A stretch of DNA of 64,000 bases from NCBI GenBank assembly GCA_022571885.1, contig JACZWZ010000001.1:156-64155 (forward strand). Reading direction: 5' to 3'. Source of the DNA: Acidobacteriota bacterium. GTDB taxonomy: Bacteria > Actinomycetota > Acidimicrobiia > Spongiisociales > UBA11373. Of this stretch, positions 19,041-29,139 are shown one piece after another (within the stretch, counting starts at the first letter, position 1; each line of letters starts with the position of its first letter). Both the position numbers and the translations under genes were made by a program. The notes beneath the pieces are model-generated. The model was not told where the DNA came from and made no database searches. It saw only the letters and a list, made by a program, of their open reading frames with translations.

Positions 19041-20641
19041 GGGGTGATCGTGCAGGTACATGCCAGGCTGGCCGGCGGCACCGCCATCCCGTCCGGGGGC
19101 TCCCGCCCGGGTCGCCAGGAAAGGCCATCCGGTCCGGCACATTTCTCGCACAACGCGACATTCGACAGTGCCGTCACCTTGTCTATCCCACCGGAACGAA
19201 GGGCGGCCAGCAGACTGTCGTGGTAGGCCGCAGTGGCGATCGACCGCACCCACCGCTCTGCAGTGTCGTTGCGCCACGAGCGAAACACCCGCCCAATGGC
19301 TTCGGTCGCCAGCTCGGGACCACCAACATCTTCCAGCGACGCCGCCAACTGGCCGGCCAACGCCGCCGACATGGAGATCACCAGCCGACCGCCACGATTT
19401 CCGGGCTCAGACAGCGATCCGAACAGGCCGGCCAGCGGGCCGGCGGCGGTAGCACCGGCCGACCCTGCCTTGTGGATCAACGATTCGAGGACGAGCCCCA
19501 GCTCCCGGCCAATGTCGGGAGGGTGCGGTTCCCAACCCGAACTCCGTAGGCCGTCGAGCGCGACATTCTGCATCTCGACGATGAGCCGCTTCGTCTCACG
19601 TACTCCCGCGTTGATGATGGGCAGCAAGAGTTTGTCTTTCAGCTCAAAAGGGTCGGTTGGAAGCTGCTCCCCCACAGCAATCGTCTCGACTTCTCCGGTG
19701 GTGCGAAGCGCTTCGAACAGGGTGCCGACGTCATCCTCGGTCCCGAACACTTGAGCCGGGGGATCGACCCGAATCCGGATCGTCTCCGGATCCGACCTCA
19801 TTTCCTGTACCTCGGCCGCCAGCACATCGCTCAGATCTATGCCATCGGGTTCGAAGCCTTCGTCGGCCGGCTCGACATGGGCGGGCTTGGCCTGGGGCTC
19901 GTTGCCGAAGACCTTCACCGATTCGATCGAGCGCTGCAACCGGAGCCGCTCAATCTCCTCGAGCAGTTCCTCTCGACGAGCATCGGCGAGATCGGGAGGA
20001 ATCGACTCGCCGGAGGCCTCGAGGTGCTCGGGGCCGATGGCGCGATCGATTATCTGCTGTGCTATTTCGCGAGCCTGGTTGAGCCGACGATCGGCCTCGT
20101 ATCGGGCCTGTCGGATCAAGTCGCTTGCTTCGCGCTCGGAGCCGGAGATGTGGCGATGCGAATCCTTCTCCGCCTGAGCGCGAATCAGAAGGGCATCGTC
20201 CTTGCCGGCGCTGACGACCCGTTCCGCTTCGACCAATGCCGCGTCGAGCACATCCATGCCGGTCTCCCAGGCATCGCGGCGAAGATCGAAGGCCTGGCCC
20301 TCGGCCTCGGCGACCGCACCGGTAGCGGCCGCGGTCGATTCGACATCGATACGTTTGGCCTCTTCCTGAGACCTGGTGCGCATACCCTCGGCGGCCTGCT
20401 GGGCAGAAGACAGAATCTCGCCTACTTCGAGACCGACCGCACCCAATTCACGACCAAGGAATTCGAGTCCGCCGGATGCTTCGACGGTCGCTCTCAATTC
20501 CTCGTATCTATCTAGAAGGATCTGCCAGCGGTCCCGCGCCTCGGAGTGCAAGGCATCGATGACCCGTTTGTCGTAACCCCGCCGGGAAGAAGGTACGCCA
20601 CGCGCCGTCAGGTAATCGGGACCGATATCGTCGTCGGCCAT
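19031..20641 (-). CDS. DivIVA-domain coiled-coil protein
   Basis: MADDDIGPDYLTARGVPSSRRGYDKRVIDALHSEARDRW matches the DivIVA N-terminal domain; long charged coiled-coil region. Start taken at internal ATG (20641) rather than 20680. Confidence 0.55.
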   Translation of the reverse strand: MADDDIGPDYLTARGVPSSRRGYDKRVIDALHSEARDRWQILLDRYEELRATVEASGGLEFLGRELGAVGLEVGEILSSAQQAAEGMRTRSQEEAKRIDVESTAAATGAVAEAEGQAFDLRRDAWETGMDVLDAALVEAERVVSAGKDDALLIRAQAEKDSHRHISGSEREASDLIRQARYEADRRLNQAREIAQQIIDRAIGPEHLEASGESIPPDLADARREELLEEIERLRLQRSIESVKVFGNEPQAKPAHVEPADEGFEPDGIDLSDVLAAEVQEMRSDPETIRIRVDPPAQVFGTEDDVGTLFEALRTTGEVETIAVGEQLPTDPFELKDKLLLPIINAGVRETKRLIVEMQNVALDGLRSSGWEPHPPDIGRELGLVLESLIHKAGSAGATAAGPLAGLFGSLSEPGNRGGRLVISMSAALAGQLAASLEDVGGPELATEAIGRVFRSWRNDTAERWVRSIATAAYHDSLLAALRSGGIDKVTALSNVALCEKCAGPDGLSWRPGREPPDGMAVPPASLACTCTITPAE

Positions 20642-20682
20642 GGACCGAGAGTACCCGCCAGGCAGGTCTGAACGGTGCAATC

Positions 20683-21753
20683 TCAGCCCGAGGCAGCCAC
20701 CAGCGATGCCGGTTGGAGAGCGGCGAGGAAATCGAGCGCATCCTGCAGGGTGGCTACCGGGACGATCTCGATGCCGTCTCCGGCCGCGGTGAGCGCATCC
20801 TCGTAATTCGCCGTGGGCACGAACACCACGTCGGCCCCGATGCCACGGGCCGCAAACACCTTCTGGCGAACACCTCCCACGGCCCCCACCGTCTCGTCGA
20901 ATCTGATGGTCCCGGTACCTGCGATCACATGTCCCTTGGTGAGGTCATCCGGCGTGAGCAGGTTGATCACGCTCAGGGTGTAGGTCATCCCGGCCGAAGG
21001 TCCGCCGATGTTCCGCGAGTCCACATTGACAACCACCGGCAGGTCAAGGCTGAGGTTCACGGTGTCGAACACGACACCCACCATCGGCGCCCCCTCGATG
21101 TCGGGGTGCGGGCCCAAGGTGATCTCCACCTCGAACGGCTCCCCGGCTCGAATGCCGTTCAAGGTGATGGTGTCGCCGATCCCAAAGGAACGGATCACCT
21201 CGGCCGCCTGATCCGAGGTCTGGATCTCGACTCCAGCAATGATCGTATAGCGATCTCCCACCTCGAGCATTCCGTCGGCCGGGGCCCCTTCGACCACCTG
21301 GATGACTTCGACACCTTCACCGGCGAAGCCGACGTCATAGCCGAGTCGGCCCAACGCGACAAAGATCGCGGTGTCGATCGATTCGTCCATTGCCGCCAGA
21401 TTTGAGCGGGTCACATCCTCCTGGCTCACACCGGAAGGCCGGATCACTTCGCGGGCCACCAGATCGACCCGATCATCGAGGAACTGGGCCTCGAACCACT
21501 CGAAGGCATTGACTTCTCGCAGGCTCACCGTGAGCAGGAAAAATTCGCCATCCGATTCGAACGTCTCTACGTCGGAAGCGGTGACCAGGTCGGTGACGGC
21601 TTCGACGGGTCCGGGTGACATGGCGAAGTAGGGGAGCTTGACCGGCCAAAGCAGAAGTACCAGCAGCCCGATGGCCAGGAATCCGATCGCGAGACCATAC
21701 GGCCACCGTGCTCCGCGTTCCCTGGTCGCCTCGATCGTGGGTGTTTCGTTCAT
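20683..21753 (-). CDS. PDZ + Lon-protease C-terminal domain secreted protein (like M. tuberculosis Rv3194c)
   Basis: From MNETPTIE...: signal/TM, PDZ-like region (VIQVVEGAPADGMLEVGDRYTIIAGVEI) and Lon_C-like (VDSRNIGGPSAGMTYTLSVINLL...GHVIAGTGTI). Upstream 77-aa extension in the ORF track is not supported. Confidence 0.7.
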   Translation of the reverse strand: MNETPTIEATRERGARWPYGLAIGFLAIGLLVLLLWPVKLPYFAMSPGPVEAVTDLVTASDVETFESDGEFFLLTVSLREVNAFEWFEAQFLDDRVDLVAREVIRPSGVSQEDVTRSNLAAMDESIDTAIFVALGRLGYDVGFAGEGVEVIQVVEGAPADGMLEVGDRYTIIAGVEIQTSDQAAEVIRSFGIGDTITLNGIRAGEPFEVEITLGPHPDIEGAPMVGVVFDTVNLSLDLPVVVNVDSRNIGGPSAGMTYTLSVINLLTPDDLTKGHVIAGTGTIRFDETVGAVGGVRQKVFAARGIGADVVFVPTANYEDALTAAGDGIEIVPVATLQDALDFLAALQPASLVAASG

Positions 21754-21992
21754 GAGCCTCGTAGATGAAGGATCTGCTTGCTGAGTGATGCCGCTGCTCG
21801 ACGGCTTGCAGGATCGTAACCCCGGTGCACCGACCCGCAATCTAAGGGCTCGGGCGAACAAAGAGCCGGTCATGGCCTGTTGGTCCGACGCCGGGCCTTG
21901 CAGGGCAACGGCTTCGACCTCCACATACGACCTATCAGCTCGGCCTTCGAGCCAAACTCCGTCTGCCGTCCCGACCCCGTACACTGCTGCTC

Positions 21993-22859
21993 ATGAGCCG
22001 TATAAGCCGCACACTCGAACTCGCCGGATCATCCTGGCGAGTCCTCAAAGCCGACAAGGAACTGGTGCTCCTTCCTCTTCTGTCACTGATCGCAACGGTT
22101 GCCGTGGCCGTTTCGTTCCTGTGGCCGATCGTCAGCAGCTGCACCGAAACCATCGGATCAAAGAACGCCTGTGAGCTCGGTGGCGTCGACTACGTGATCC
22201 TCGCAGTCGCCTATCTCACTCTCGCCTTCATCACGATCTTCTTCAATGCAGCCCTCGTCCACGCCGCCAATGAGCGAATGGATGGCGGAGATCCCACGGT
22301 CGGCAGCGCCATCAGGGGAGCGTTGGGCAAGATCCACCGAATCCTGCCGTGGGCGATCGTCTCGGCGACGGTTTCGGTGATCCTCCGCAGCCTCGAGCAG
22401 AGGGCCGGCCTGGTGGGACGTATCGTGATCGGGTTCATCGGGTTGGCCTGGTCGCTGGTCACCTTCCTCATCGTCCCGGTGCTGGTCATCGAAGACATCG
22501 GAGTATTCGACGCCGTAAAACGCTCGGGAGCGTTGTTCAAGCGCACCTGGGGAGAGAACATGGCAGCACAGGTCGGCTTCGGACTCCTCGGAATCCTGGC
22601 TGCATTGCCGGGAATCGCAATCATCGTTCTCGGCTTCAACGCAGGCGGACCGGCCGCCGTGACCGCGATCGCCATCGGAATGGCGTGGATTCTGGCGTCA
22701 CTTTTGGTGCTATCCGCTCTCAATGGGATCTTCCAAACGGCTCTCTACCGGCATGCCACCGGTGTGGGAACCGGGGCGTTCGATGGGAATTTGACGACGG
22801 CGTTTGCGACGAAGACGCGGCGCGGATTCGGATCGACCCCCCGAGGGTTCGGAGGATAG
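21993..22859 (+). CDS. hypothetical polytopic membrane protein
   Basis: Six or more hydrophobic segments; no catalytic motif recognised. Confidence 0.5.
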   Translation: MSRISRTLELAGSSWRVLKADKELVLLPLLSLIATVAVAVSFLWPIVSSCTETIGSKNACELGGVDYVILAVAYLTLAFITIFFNAALVHAANERMDGGDPTVGSAIRGALGKIHRILPWAIVSATVSVILRSLEQRAGLVGRIVIGFIGLAWSLVTFLIVPVLVIEDIGVFDAVKRSGALFKRTWGENMAAQVGFGLLGILAALPGIAIIVLGFNAGGPAAVTAIAIGMAWILASLLVLSALNGIFQTALYRHATGVGTGAFDGNLTTAFATKTRRGFGSTPRGFGG

Positions 22860-22860
22860 G

Positions 22861-22925
22861 GGTTAGGTGTTAGGGATTAGGCGTTAGGAAGAATTTCTAA
22901 GACCTAATACCCAATACCTAACGCC
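22861..22925. repeat. TTAGG-heptamer inverted-arm palindrome (ggttaggtgttagggattaggcgttagg aagaatttct aagacctaatacccaatacctaacgcc)
   Basis: Read directly between convergent genes (membrane protein + / bioY -). Confidence 0.8.
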
Positions 22926-23493
22926 TGCCTACCGCCTTCCAGGCGGTAGGCAATGCCACCCCGGCCAGAGCTACCTTGACCAGATCGCCGATGATGAACG
23001 GCACCATGCCGAGTTCCATCGCCTCGGTGGTCCCGACTCCCACGCTGTGCGCCAGCCAGGTCACTCCGAACAGATAGATCACCGCGGTCCCGGCCAGGAA
23101 CGCAGGTATGGCGGTGGCGATGCTGCGGTCCTGCTCCCGCTCGGCCAGGTAGCCGATCAAGGCGGCGGCGGCGATGAACCCCACCAGATAGCCGCCGGTG
23201 GCGCCGGTGACCACCTCCCAGCCGCCGTTGGCTCCCGAATAGAACGGCAGACCTATGGCACCGAGCCCGACGTAGAGAGCCTGGGAGGCGAAGCCGGCAC
23301 GCCAACCCAACGCGGCACCGGTGAGAAGTACCGCAAAGGTCTGGCCGGTGATCGGCACCGGCGTAAACCAGAGCGGGAACTCGATCTGGGCCATGAGGGC
23401 GGTGAAGAGCGCAAAACCTACAACAAGGACCGCAGTGACGTTGCGGGTCTGGGGCAGAACGCGGGAGCTGAGTACGGCGGGGGCGGTGGTCAT
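22918..23493 (-). CDS. bioY: biotin transporter BioY (ECF S-component)
   Basis: 191 aa, 5-6 TM, ...VPITGQTFAVLLTGAALGWRAG...GYLVGFIAAA typical BioY. Confidence 0.8.
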   Translation of the reverse strand: MTTAPAVLSSRVLPQTRNVTAVLVVGFALFTALMAQIEFPLWFTPVPITGQTFAVLLTGAALGWRAGFASQALYVGLGAIGLPFYSGANGGWEVVTGATGGYLVGFIAAAALIGYLAEREQDRSIATAIPAFLAGTAVIYLFGVTWLAHSVGVGTTEAMELGMVPFIIGDLVKVALAGVALPTAWKAVGRR

Positions 23494-23651
23494 GGGTGAG
23501 AAACCTAGCCGGGTCGTGTCGTGGAGGGTTAGGAGTCAGGATGCAATTAGCGATTCGCAATACGCTCAGAGTCGCGCAGCAGCCCAGCGTCGCGTTCTTG
23601 CGAATTGCAGGGAGGCGGCGCCAAACGACGACCACTTGCGAATTGCGAACC

Positions 23652-23684
23652 AGAAGCGGGGCGGCCATCGGCCGCCCCGCTTCT
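23652..23684. terminator. perfect 15-bp GC hairpin (agaagcggggcggcc atc ggccgccccgcttct)
   Basis: Read directly about 20 nt downstream of the minus-strand ABC substrate-binding gene stop; nearby repeats gcaattagcgattcgcaat / cttgcgaattgc x2. Confidence 0.55.
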
Positions 23685-23706
23685 GCTAGTCAGATTGGCG
23701 TAACCG

Positions 23707-25122
23707 TTACCCGACGAAGCAAGGTGCTACCAGATTGAAGTCGGCAGCAATCTCGCTCACGAACGCGTCCGTGACCGGGGTGAGACCGTCCGAGGCCTCG
23801 GCCGATGCTTGGGCGATGATCGTGGAGCGTTCCACAATCTCGTTCGGCGTCCCGTTGTAGGAACCGGTCGGCAGGATGCCCTGGAAGTCGATGCCATCGA
23901 GATCGAGTGCCAGCGACGCCAGATTGGCGCGTGTCAGGTCACCCGAAGCAATCGCCTCGGTCAGCAACGTCAGCCACGGGTACTGCCACGTCCAGCCGGC
24001 GATGTAGGCGTTGTGCGGACCTTGACCGCCTGCCTCAGCCGCGGCACGCATTGCGGCATGGCCTGCGCTGTCGGTGTCCCAGCCACCCCATGATTGCGTG
24101 GTGAAGTACACAGCCTCCAGCAGCGGCATCAGGTCGGCGTTGCCCTTGAGCGCAACGTTCCACGACGGACCGGCACCGAGGACCTGGAAGGTCTGATGGC
24201 CGGTTCCGAACAGGCCGGCTGTGATCTGAGCCATCTCGGTCGGCCCGGTCACCATGAGGACCACGTCCGGCGTGAGTGCGGCCAGCGCTCCGACCGTCTC
24301 GGCGACGTCGCCACCGAAGGACACCGGGATCTGGAAGAGCTCAGCAACCGGAGCCGGCATACCGAGCAGAGCCGCGCCGATCTTGGCACCGGCAAGATAG
24401 TCGCCGCCGTAGTCGCCGGGGAAGTACACGATCGCCCACGAGAAGTCGGTGCCGCGCGTCTGTGCGAGGAACGACATTCCGTTCATGGCTTCCATGCAGT
24501 AGGAGGCACCGACCTCCATTACGAGTCCGTTGTCGATGTCGTCGAACGCCCACCCGGAGAACCAGGAAGCCGGTGACACCACCATGTCGTTCTCGATAAA
24601 GGTGGGAAGCGCCGCCTGGGTCTGCGGGGTTCCGAGCGACTGTGCCAGGCCCACCACACGATTGGCGAGCGACACTGCGCCCTCGACATGCTGAGCACCG
24701 TCGTAGTGCGCATCGAAGGTGTTGTCCGCCGTGATGATCACGTCGAATCCGCCCAGGCCACCATCAGCGTTGACGACTCCCCAGAAGTCCTCCTGAGCTT
24801 GGGTCAGCGGCACCCCGAGCGGTGCAAACGGACCATCGGTCAGGTCCGAGATAATGCCCAGATAGATGCAACCATTGCCCTCGTTCACGGCGTCGCTACA
24901 CGGCGCAGGCGTCACACCTACGTCGAAAGCGATGTCAGAACCCTCATCGGGTGCTGCCGTGGTAGCGGGGGCTGCAGTGGTCGCTGGAGCCGCGGTCGAC
25001 GCCGTCGTTGCCGCCGTGGGCGCTGCCGTAGTGGTGTCGGACGTATCGTCGTCGCCACAGGCTGCGATCACGAGGGAAAACGCGGCGAGAAGGGTCACAA
25101 GACCGAGCCACCGTTTCTTCAT
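23707..25122 (-). CDS. ABC transporter substrate-binding lipoprotein (branched-chain amino acid/Liv-type family)
   Basis: MKKRWLGLVTLLAAFSLVIAAC lipobox, T/A-rich linker, type I periplasmic binding fold; heads an operon with LivHMGF-like genes. Start at internal ATG 25122 with RBS. Confidence 0.65.
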   Translation of the reverse strand: MKKRWLGLVTLLAAFSLVIAACGDDDTSDTTTAAPTAATTASTAAPATTAAPATTAAPDEGSDIAFDVGVTPAPCSDAVNEGNGCIYLGIISDLTDGPFAPLGVPLTQAQEDFWGVVNADGGLGGFDVIITADNTFDAHYDGAQHVEGAVSLANRVVGLAQSLGTPQTQAALPTFIENDMVVSPASWFSGWAFDDIDNGLVMEVGASYCMEAMNGMSFLAQTRGTDFSWAIVYFPGDYGGDYLAGAKIGAALLGMPAPVAELFQIPVSFGGDVAETVGALAALTPDVVLMVTGPTEMAQITAGLFGTGHQTFQVLGAGPSWNVALKGNADLMPLLEAVYFTTQSWGGWDTDSAGHAAMRAAAEAGGQGPHNAYIAGWTWQYPWLTLLTEAIASGDLTRANLASLALDLDGIDFQGILPTGSYNGTPNEIVERSTIIAQASAEASDGLTPVTDAFVSEIAADFNLVAPCFVG

Positions 25123-25196
25123 TGGGTTCCTCCCTGTATTTCGTTCTGGTGTAGGGGTTTCGCCGGGCGAAACATCCGACACACTAATCCGACCAT

Positions 25197-26399
25197 TCAA
25201 TAGCTGAACGGCCAAGCCTTCCAATAGTTTCGCACACGAATCCAGATCCCGTAGAAGCCGAGCGGCTCGAGAATCAGGAACATGATGATCAACCCGCCAA
25301 AAAGAATCTGTTCCATCTGAGCCAGATTCACAAATCCACCGGTCGGTGAATCAGAAATAAACCCGAACATCCAAAAGCCTGCCAGCCACTTGACGATCCG
25401 GGGCAGGAACGTGATGAAGAATGCCCCCATGATCGAACCGGAGACGGTGGCAACGCCTCCGATGAGAATCATTGCGATGTATTCGATCGACAACAGGAGA
25501 TTGAACGACAGCGGTTCCACCCGACCGATCACGGCAAACAGCAAGCCGCCAGCGACCCCGGCGTAGAACGAGGAGACGACAAAGGCGATCATCTTGTATC
25601 GAGCCAGCGGGATCCCCATCATCTCGGCGGCGATGTCCCGGTCCCGGACCGCAGCCAATGCTCTCCCCACCTTCGACCTCGCCATGTTCTTGGCGGCTAT
25701 TCCAAGGACGATCAGCAGCCCCAGCCCGAGGAAGAAGAGCTTCTGGTTCTTGGCGAGGAAGACGCCGAACACCTCTCCCGGCTCATCAAAACGGAAGCCA
25801 AACAACGATGGCACGCCCGAAGCACGCCCCACACCGACACCGCCGGTGACCACCTTTGCCTCCCGGAACACGTGCTCGCCGAGGAACACCAGGCCCAGGG
25901 TGACGAATGCCAGATAGAGGCCTCGCAATCGGAAGGCCAGCGGAGCGACGATCAAGCCCATCAGCGCCGCCACAAGCCCCGCCGCCGGAAGCCAGATGAT
26001 CAGATCGAGACCGAATCCGTACACCAGCGTCTTCTCGACGAATTGGCCGGTGTCGAGATCCACCACCTGGCGGGTCACCTCGACACCCCCCACCAGCGCC
26101 CCGGTGAAGGCGCCGATCCCCAGGAAGAAGGCATGGCCCAAGGACACCTGCCCGGCGTAGCCGGTGACGATGTTGAGGCCGATCGCTCCGATCGAGGCGA
26201 ACATCGCGGTGGTGCCGATCAGCAGCAGATCGGTTTGCAACGAAAAGTCGACCAACCCCGGGATGAGCGGGATGGTTCCGCCGAGACCTAGCACCACAAC
26301 CGCCACCAGCAACACCGAGAACCAGAACCGCTGGACGTTGGATTTGAAGATCGCGGCATCCGACTGGTAGTCGGCGACGAGGCCGGGGCGGTACCTCAT
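25197..26399 (-). CDS. ABC permease (LivM-like)
   Basis: Polytopic; AGQVSLGHAFFLGIGAF LivM-type motif; start at MRYRPG (26399). Confidence 0.75.
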   Translation of the reverse strand: MRYRPGLVADYQSDAAIFKSNVQRFWFSVLLVAVVVLGLGGTIPLIPGLVDFSLQTDLLLIGTTAMFASIGAIGLNIVTGYAGQVSLGHAFFLGIGAFTGALVGGVEVTRQVVDLDTGQFVEKTLVYGFGLDLIIWLPAAGLVAALMGLIVAPLAFRLRGLYLAFVTLGLVFLGEHVFREAKVVTGGVGVGRASGVPSLFGFRFDEPGEVFGVFLAKNQKLFFLGLGLLIVLGIAAKNMARSKVGRALAAVRDRDIAAEMMGIPLARYKMIAFVVSSFYAGVAGGLLFAVIGRVEPLSFNLLLSIEYIAMILIGGVATVSGSIMGAFFITFLPRIVKWLAGFWMFGFISDSPTGGFVNLAQMEQILFGGLIIMFLILEPLGFYGIWIRVRNYWKAWPFSY

Positions 26400-27295
26400 A
26401 CCCGCTCCACCTCCTTGGTACCAAATAGTCCGTAGGGGCGGAACAGGAGCACGATGAACATCACCAGATACGGCACCACCGACGAGAATCCCTGGCCGAG
26501 CCAACTGAGCCAGGCAAACTGGGATTGATAGGTGGCGGTGAGCATCTCGGCCTGAGCGACGATCACGGCCCCGACCAGGGCACCGGTGATCGAATCGAGA
26601 CCACCGACGATGACCACCGGGAGCGCCTTGAGTGCCGACACCGCAGCCGACCGCTCAAAGCCGATGCCCGAGCCGAGAAAGATCCCCCCGAACAGCGCCA
26701 ACACCGCGGCTATCGCCCATGAGATGGCAAACACCGAACGCACCGACACCCCCTGGGTCAGCGCCACCTCCTGGTCGAACGCGGCCGCCCGCATCGCCAG
26801 CCCCATTCGGGAATACTTGAAGAAGGCAAGCAGCAGACTCACCAACACGATCACCGTCACGATTGCCGCGATCTGGCGATGGGCAATGGTGACCCCGCCG
26901 ATCAGAACGGTCTTCAGCCCCCACGGGTCCCCCATCTGGCGGATTTCGACCCCCATCAGATCGAGGGCGATGATCGTTATGACGGTATTGAGTCCGATGG
27001 TGACGATTGCCACCGCAAAGACCGGCTTTCCCACCATCGGCCTCAGAGTCGTCCGCTCGATGATGATCCCGGTGACCGCGGCAAACACCGCCCCGGCGAG
27101 GATGGCGAATTCGAATGGCCAGCCCCAAACGGTGCCGAAGTAGAGGACCCAGTACCCGCCCAGCAGCAGCAGGGCCGGCTGGGCGAAATTGAACACCTGG
27201 GTGGACTTGTAGATGATCACGAACCCGAGCGCGATGAGGGCGTAGATCGCCGCCAGCGAGAACCCGTTCGTGATCGCCTGCAAGAACTGGTTCAT
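26396..27295 (-). CDS. ABC permease (LivH-like)
   Basis: MNQFLQAITNGFSLAAIYALIALGFVIIYKSTQVFNFAQ typical LivH N-terminus; start 27295. Confidence 0.8.
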   Translation of the reverse strand: MNQFLQAITNGFSLAAIYALIALGFVIIYKSTQVFNFAQPALLLLGGYWVLYFGTVWGWPFEFAILAGAVFAAVTGIIIERTTLRPMVGKPVFAVAIVTIGLNTVITIIALDLMGVEIRQMGDPWGLKTVLIGGVTIAHRQIAAIVTVIVLVSLLLAFFKYSRMGLAMRAAAFDQEVALTQGVSVRSVFAISWAIAAVLALFGGIFLGSGIGFERSAAVSALKALPVVIVGGLDSITGALVGAVIVAQAEMLTATYQSQFAWLSWLGQGFSSVVPYLVMFIVLLFRPYGLFGTKEVERV

Positions 27296-29139
27296 GTATA
27301 CATCGACTCGATGAGATCCTCGAAGCGCTCGCCGATGGTGGAGCGCTTCACCTTCTGGGTGGCGGTCAGTTCGCCGTCCTCGTGATCGAGTTCCTTGGTG
27401 AGCATTTGGAACTTCTTGATCTGCTCCACTCGGGAGAACTTCTCGTTGGTCTCGTCGACCGCCCGCTGCACCAGCTTGCGAACCTCCGGTTTCTCGGAGA
27501 GATCGCGATAAGTGGTGTGGGGAAGGCGCTTGCGCTGCGCCCACTCGCTGGTCACCTCGAAGTCGATCCCGATGAGACACGTCAGGTATTTGCGCCGGTC
27601 CCCAATGACGATTACTTCCTTGATGAAGGGCGAAGCCTTGAGGCTGTTCTCGATCTCAGAGGGTGAGACGTTCTTGCCCCCTGCGGTGATGATGATGTCC
27701 TTGATCCGATCGATGATCTTGATGTGGGTACCGTCGACCCACTCCCCCACATCGCCGGTATGCAACCACCCCTCGGCATCGATAGTGTCGGCCGTCGCCT
27801 GGGGCATGTTCCAATACCCGACGAACACCGCCGGATGCCGGATGAGTATCTCTCCGGTCTGTTCGTCGAGCCTTATCTCGCAGCCCGGATAGACCTCCCC
27901 GACGGTACCCACCTTGACCGCCCCCGGTCTGTTGGCGGTAGCCACACCGGAGTTCTCCGTCATCCCGTAGGCCTCGTACAGCGGCACTCCGATCGACATG
28001 AAGAACTCAAGAATCTCGGGAGCGATGGGCGCAGCCGCCGTCACCCCGAACCGGAGGCGCCGCAGGCCCATCCGATCTTTGAGCGACCGATACAGGAAGA
28101 CGTTGCCGAGAACGGCCAGAACACGGCTCACCGGGGTGTGATTGCCGTCACGCCTGACCAGAGTACGCCCGATATGGCCGGCCGCCTTCATCCAGATAGC
28201 AGTGTTGATCCGCTTGAGGCGAGAAGCCGAAGCCATCCGCACCAACGCTCCGGCGTGAATCCGTTCCCAGATCCGCGGCACGCCCTGCAGGATGGTCGGC
28301 TGGACGTCACGGAGGTCGGCGACGAGCGTGTCGAGCGATTCGCCGAAGTGGACCACCGTGCCGCGGGTCACACTGAACAGCACCGAGAAGAGCTTCTCGT
28401 AGATGTGACACAGCGGCAGATACGACACCAGAAGGTCGTCGGGTCCGGCTCCCGGTTGGACTATTCCGTTGTCGCCGGTGATCTCCTCACCCGCAAAATG
28501 CAGGTTGGCCAGGCTGAGCATCGCACCTTTCGGCGGACCGGTCGTGCCCGAGGTGTACACCAGATATGCGAGATCCTCGGGTGCGGCCGATGCCATCCGG
28601 TCGGCCACTGCATTGGGATGTGCCTGGCGGTGATCTCGGCCCGCTTGCATGAATGCATCCCAGGATTCGAGCCTCGGATCGTCGTAGGCGTCGACTCCCC
28701 GATGCTCCAAGTAGATGATCTTGGCAAGATCGGGAAGGTCTACCGGAGGGATTCCCAATACCTTGTCGGCCTGTTCTTGATCTTCGACTATGAGTATCCG
28801 GGAGCCGGAATTGGTGAGTAGGTACCCCACTTCGGACATCGGGTTGGTGGGATAGAGGCCTATGCAGATCGCGCCGGCCGCAATCGAGCCGATGTCGGTG
28901 AACAACCACTCGGGTCGGTTTTCGGAGTGGATGGCAACCCGCTCGCCCTTCTCGACACCATGCGCCAGCAGCGCGTGAGCAAACGTCTCCGCTCCGTCCC
29001 AGTACTGGCGCCACGAGATCTCGCGCCAAACGCCGCGGTTCTTCTCCCGAAGAGCGATCACATCGCCCATCGACGCGGCACGGTCCCGCACCAGACTGGC
29101 CGGGCTGGCAAAGCCGGTGATCTCAGTGGTAACGGTCAT
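27292..29139 (-). CDS. AMP-dependent acyl-CoA synthetase/ligase (long-chain fatty acid-CoA ligase-like)
   Basis: YTSGTTGPPKGAMLS AMP-binding motif; 615 aa; embedded in the ABC operon. Confidence 0.8.
   Translation of the reverse strand: MTVTTEITGFASPASLVRDRAASMGDVIALREKNRGVWREISWRQYWDGAETFAHALLAHGVEKGERVAIHSENRPEWLFTDIGSIAAGAICIGLYPTNPMSEVGYLLTNSGSRILIVEDQEQADKVLGIPPVDLPDLAKIIYLEHRGVDAYDDPRLESWDAFMQAGRDHRQAHPNAVADRMASAAPEDLAYLVYTSGTTGPPKGAMLSLANLHFAGEEITGDNGIVQPGAGPDDLLVSYLPLCHIYEKLFSVLFSVTRGTVVHFGESLDTLVADLRDVQPTILQGVPRIWERIHAGALVRMASASRLKRINTAIWMKAAGHIGRTLVRRDGNHTPVSRVLAVLGNVFLYRSLKDRMGLRRLRFGVTAAAPIAPEILEFFMSIGVPLYEAYGMTENSGVATANRPGAVKVGTVGEVYPGCEIRLDEQTGEILIRHPAVFVGYWNMPQATADTIDAEGWLHTGDVGEWVDGTHIKIIDRIKDIIITAGGKNVSPSEIENSLKASPFIKEVIVIGDRRKYLTCLIGIDFEVTSEWAQRKRLPHTTYRDLSEKPEVRKLVQRAVDETNEKFSRVEQIKKFQMLTKELDHEDGELTATQKVKRSTIGERFEDLIESMYT

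Noticed and set aside
19751-20515. 254-aa plus-strand ORF
   Set aside because: Antisense to the DivIVA-domain gene; no motifs.
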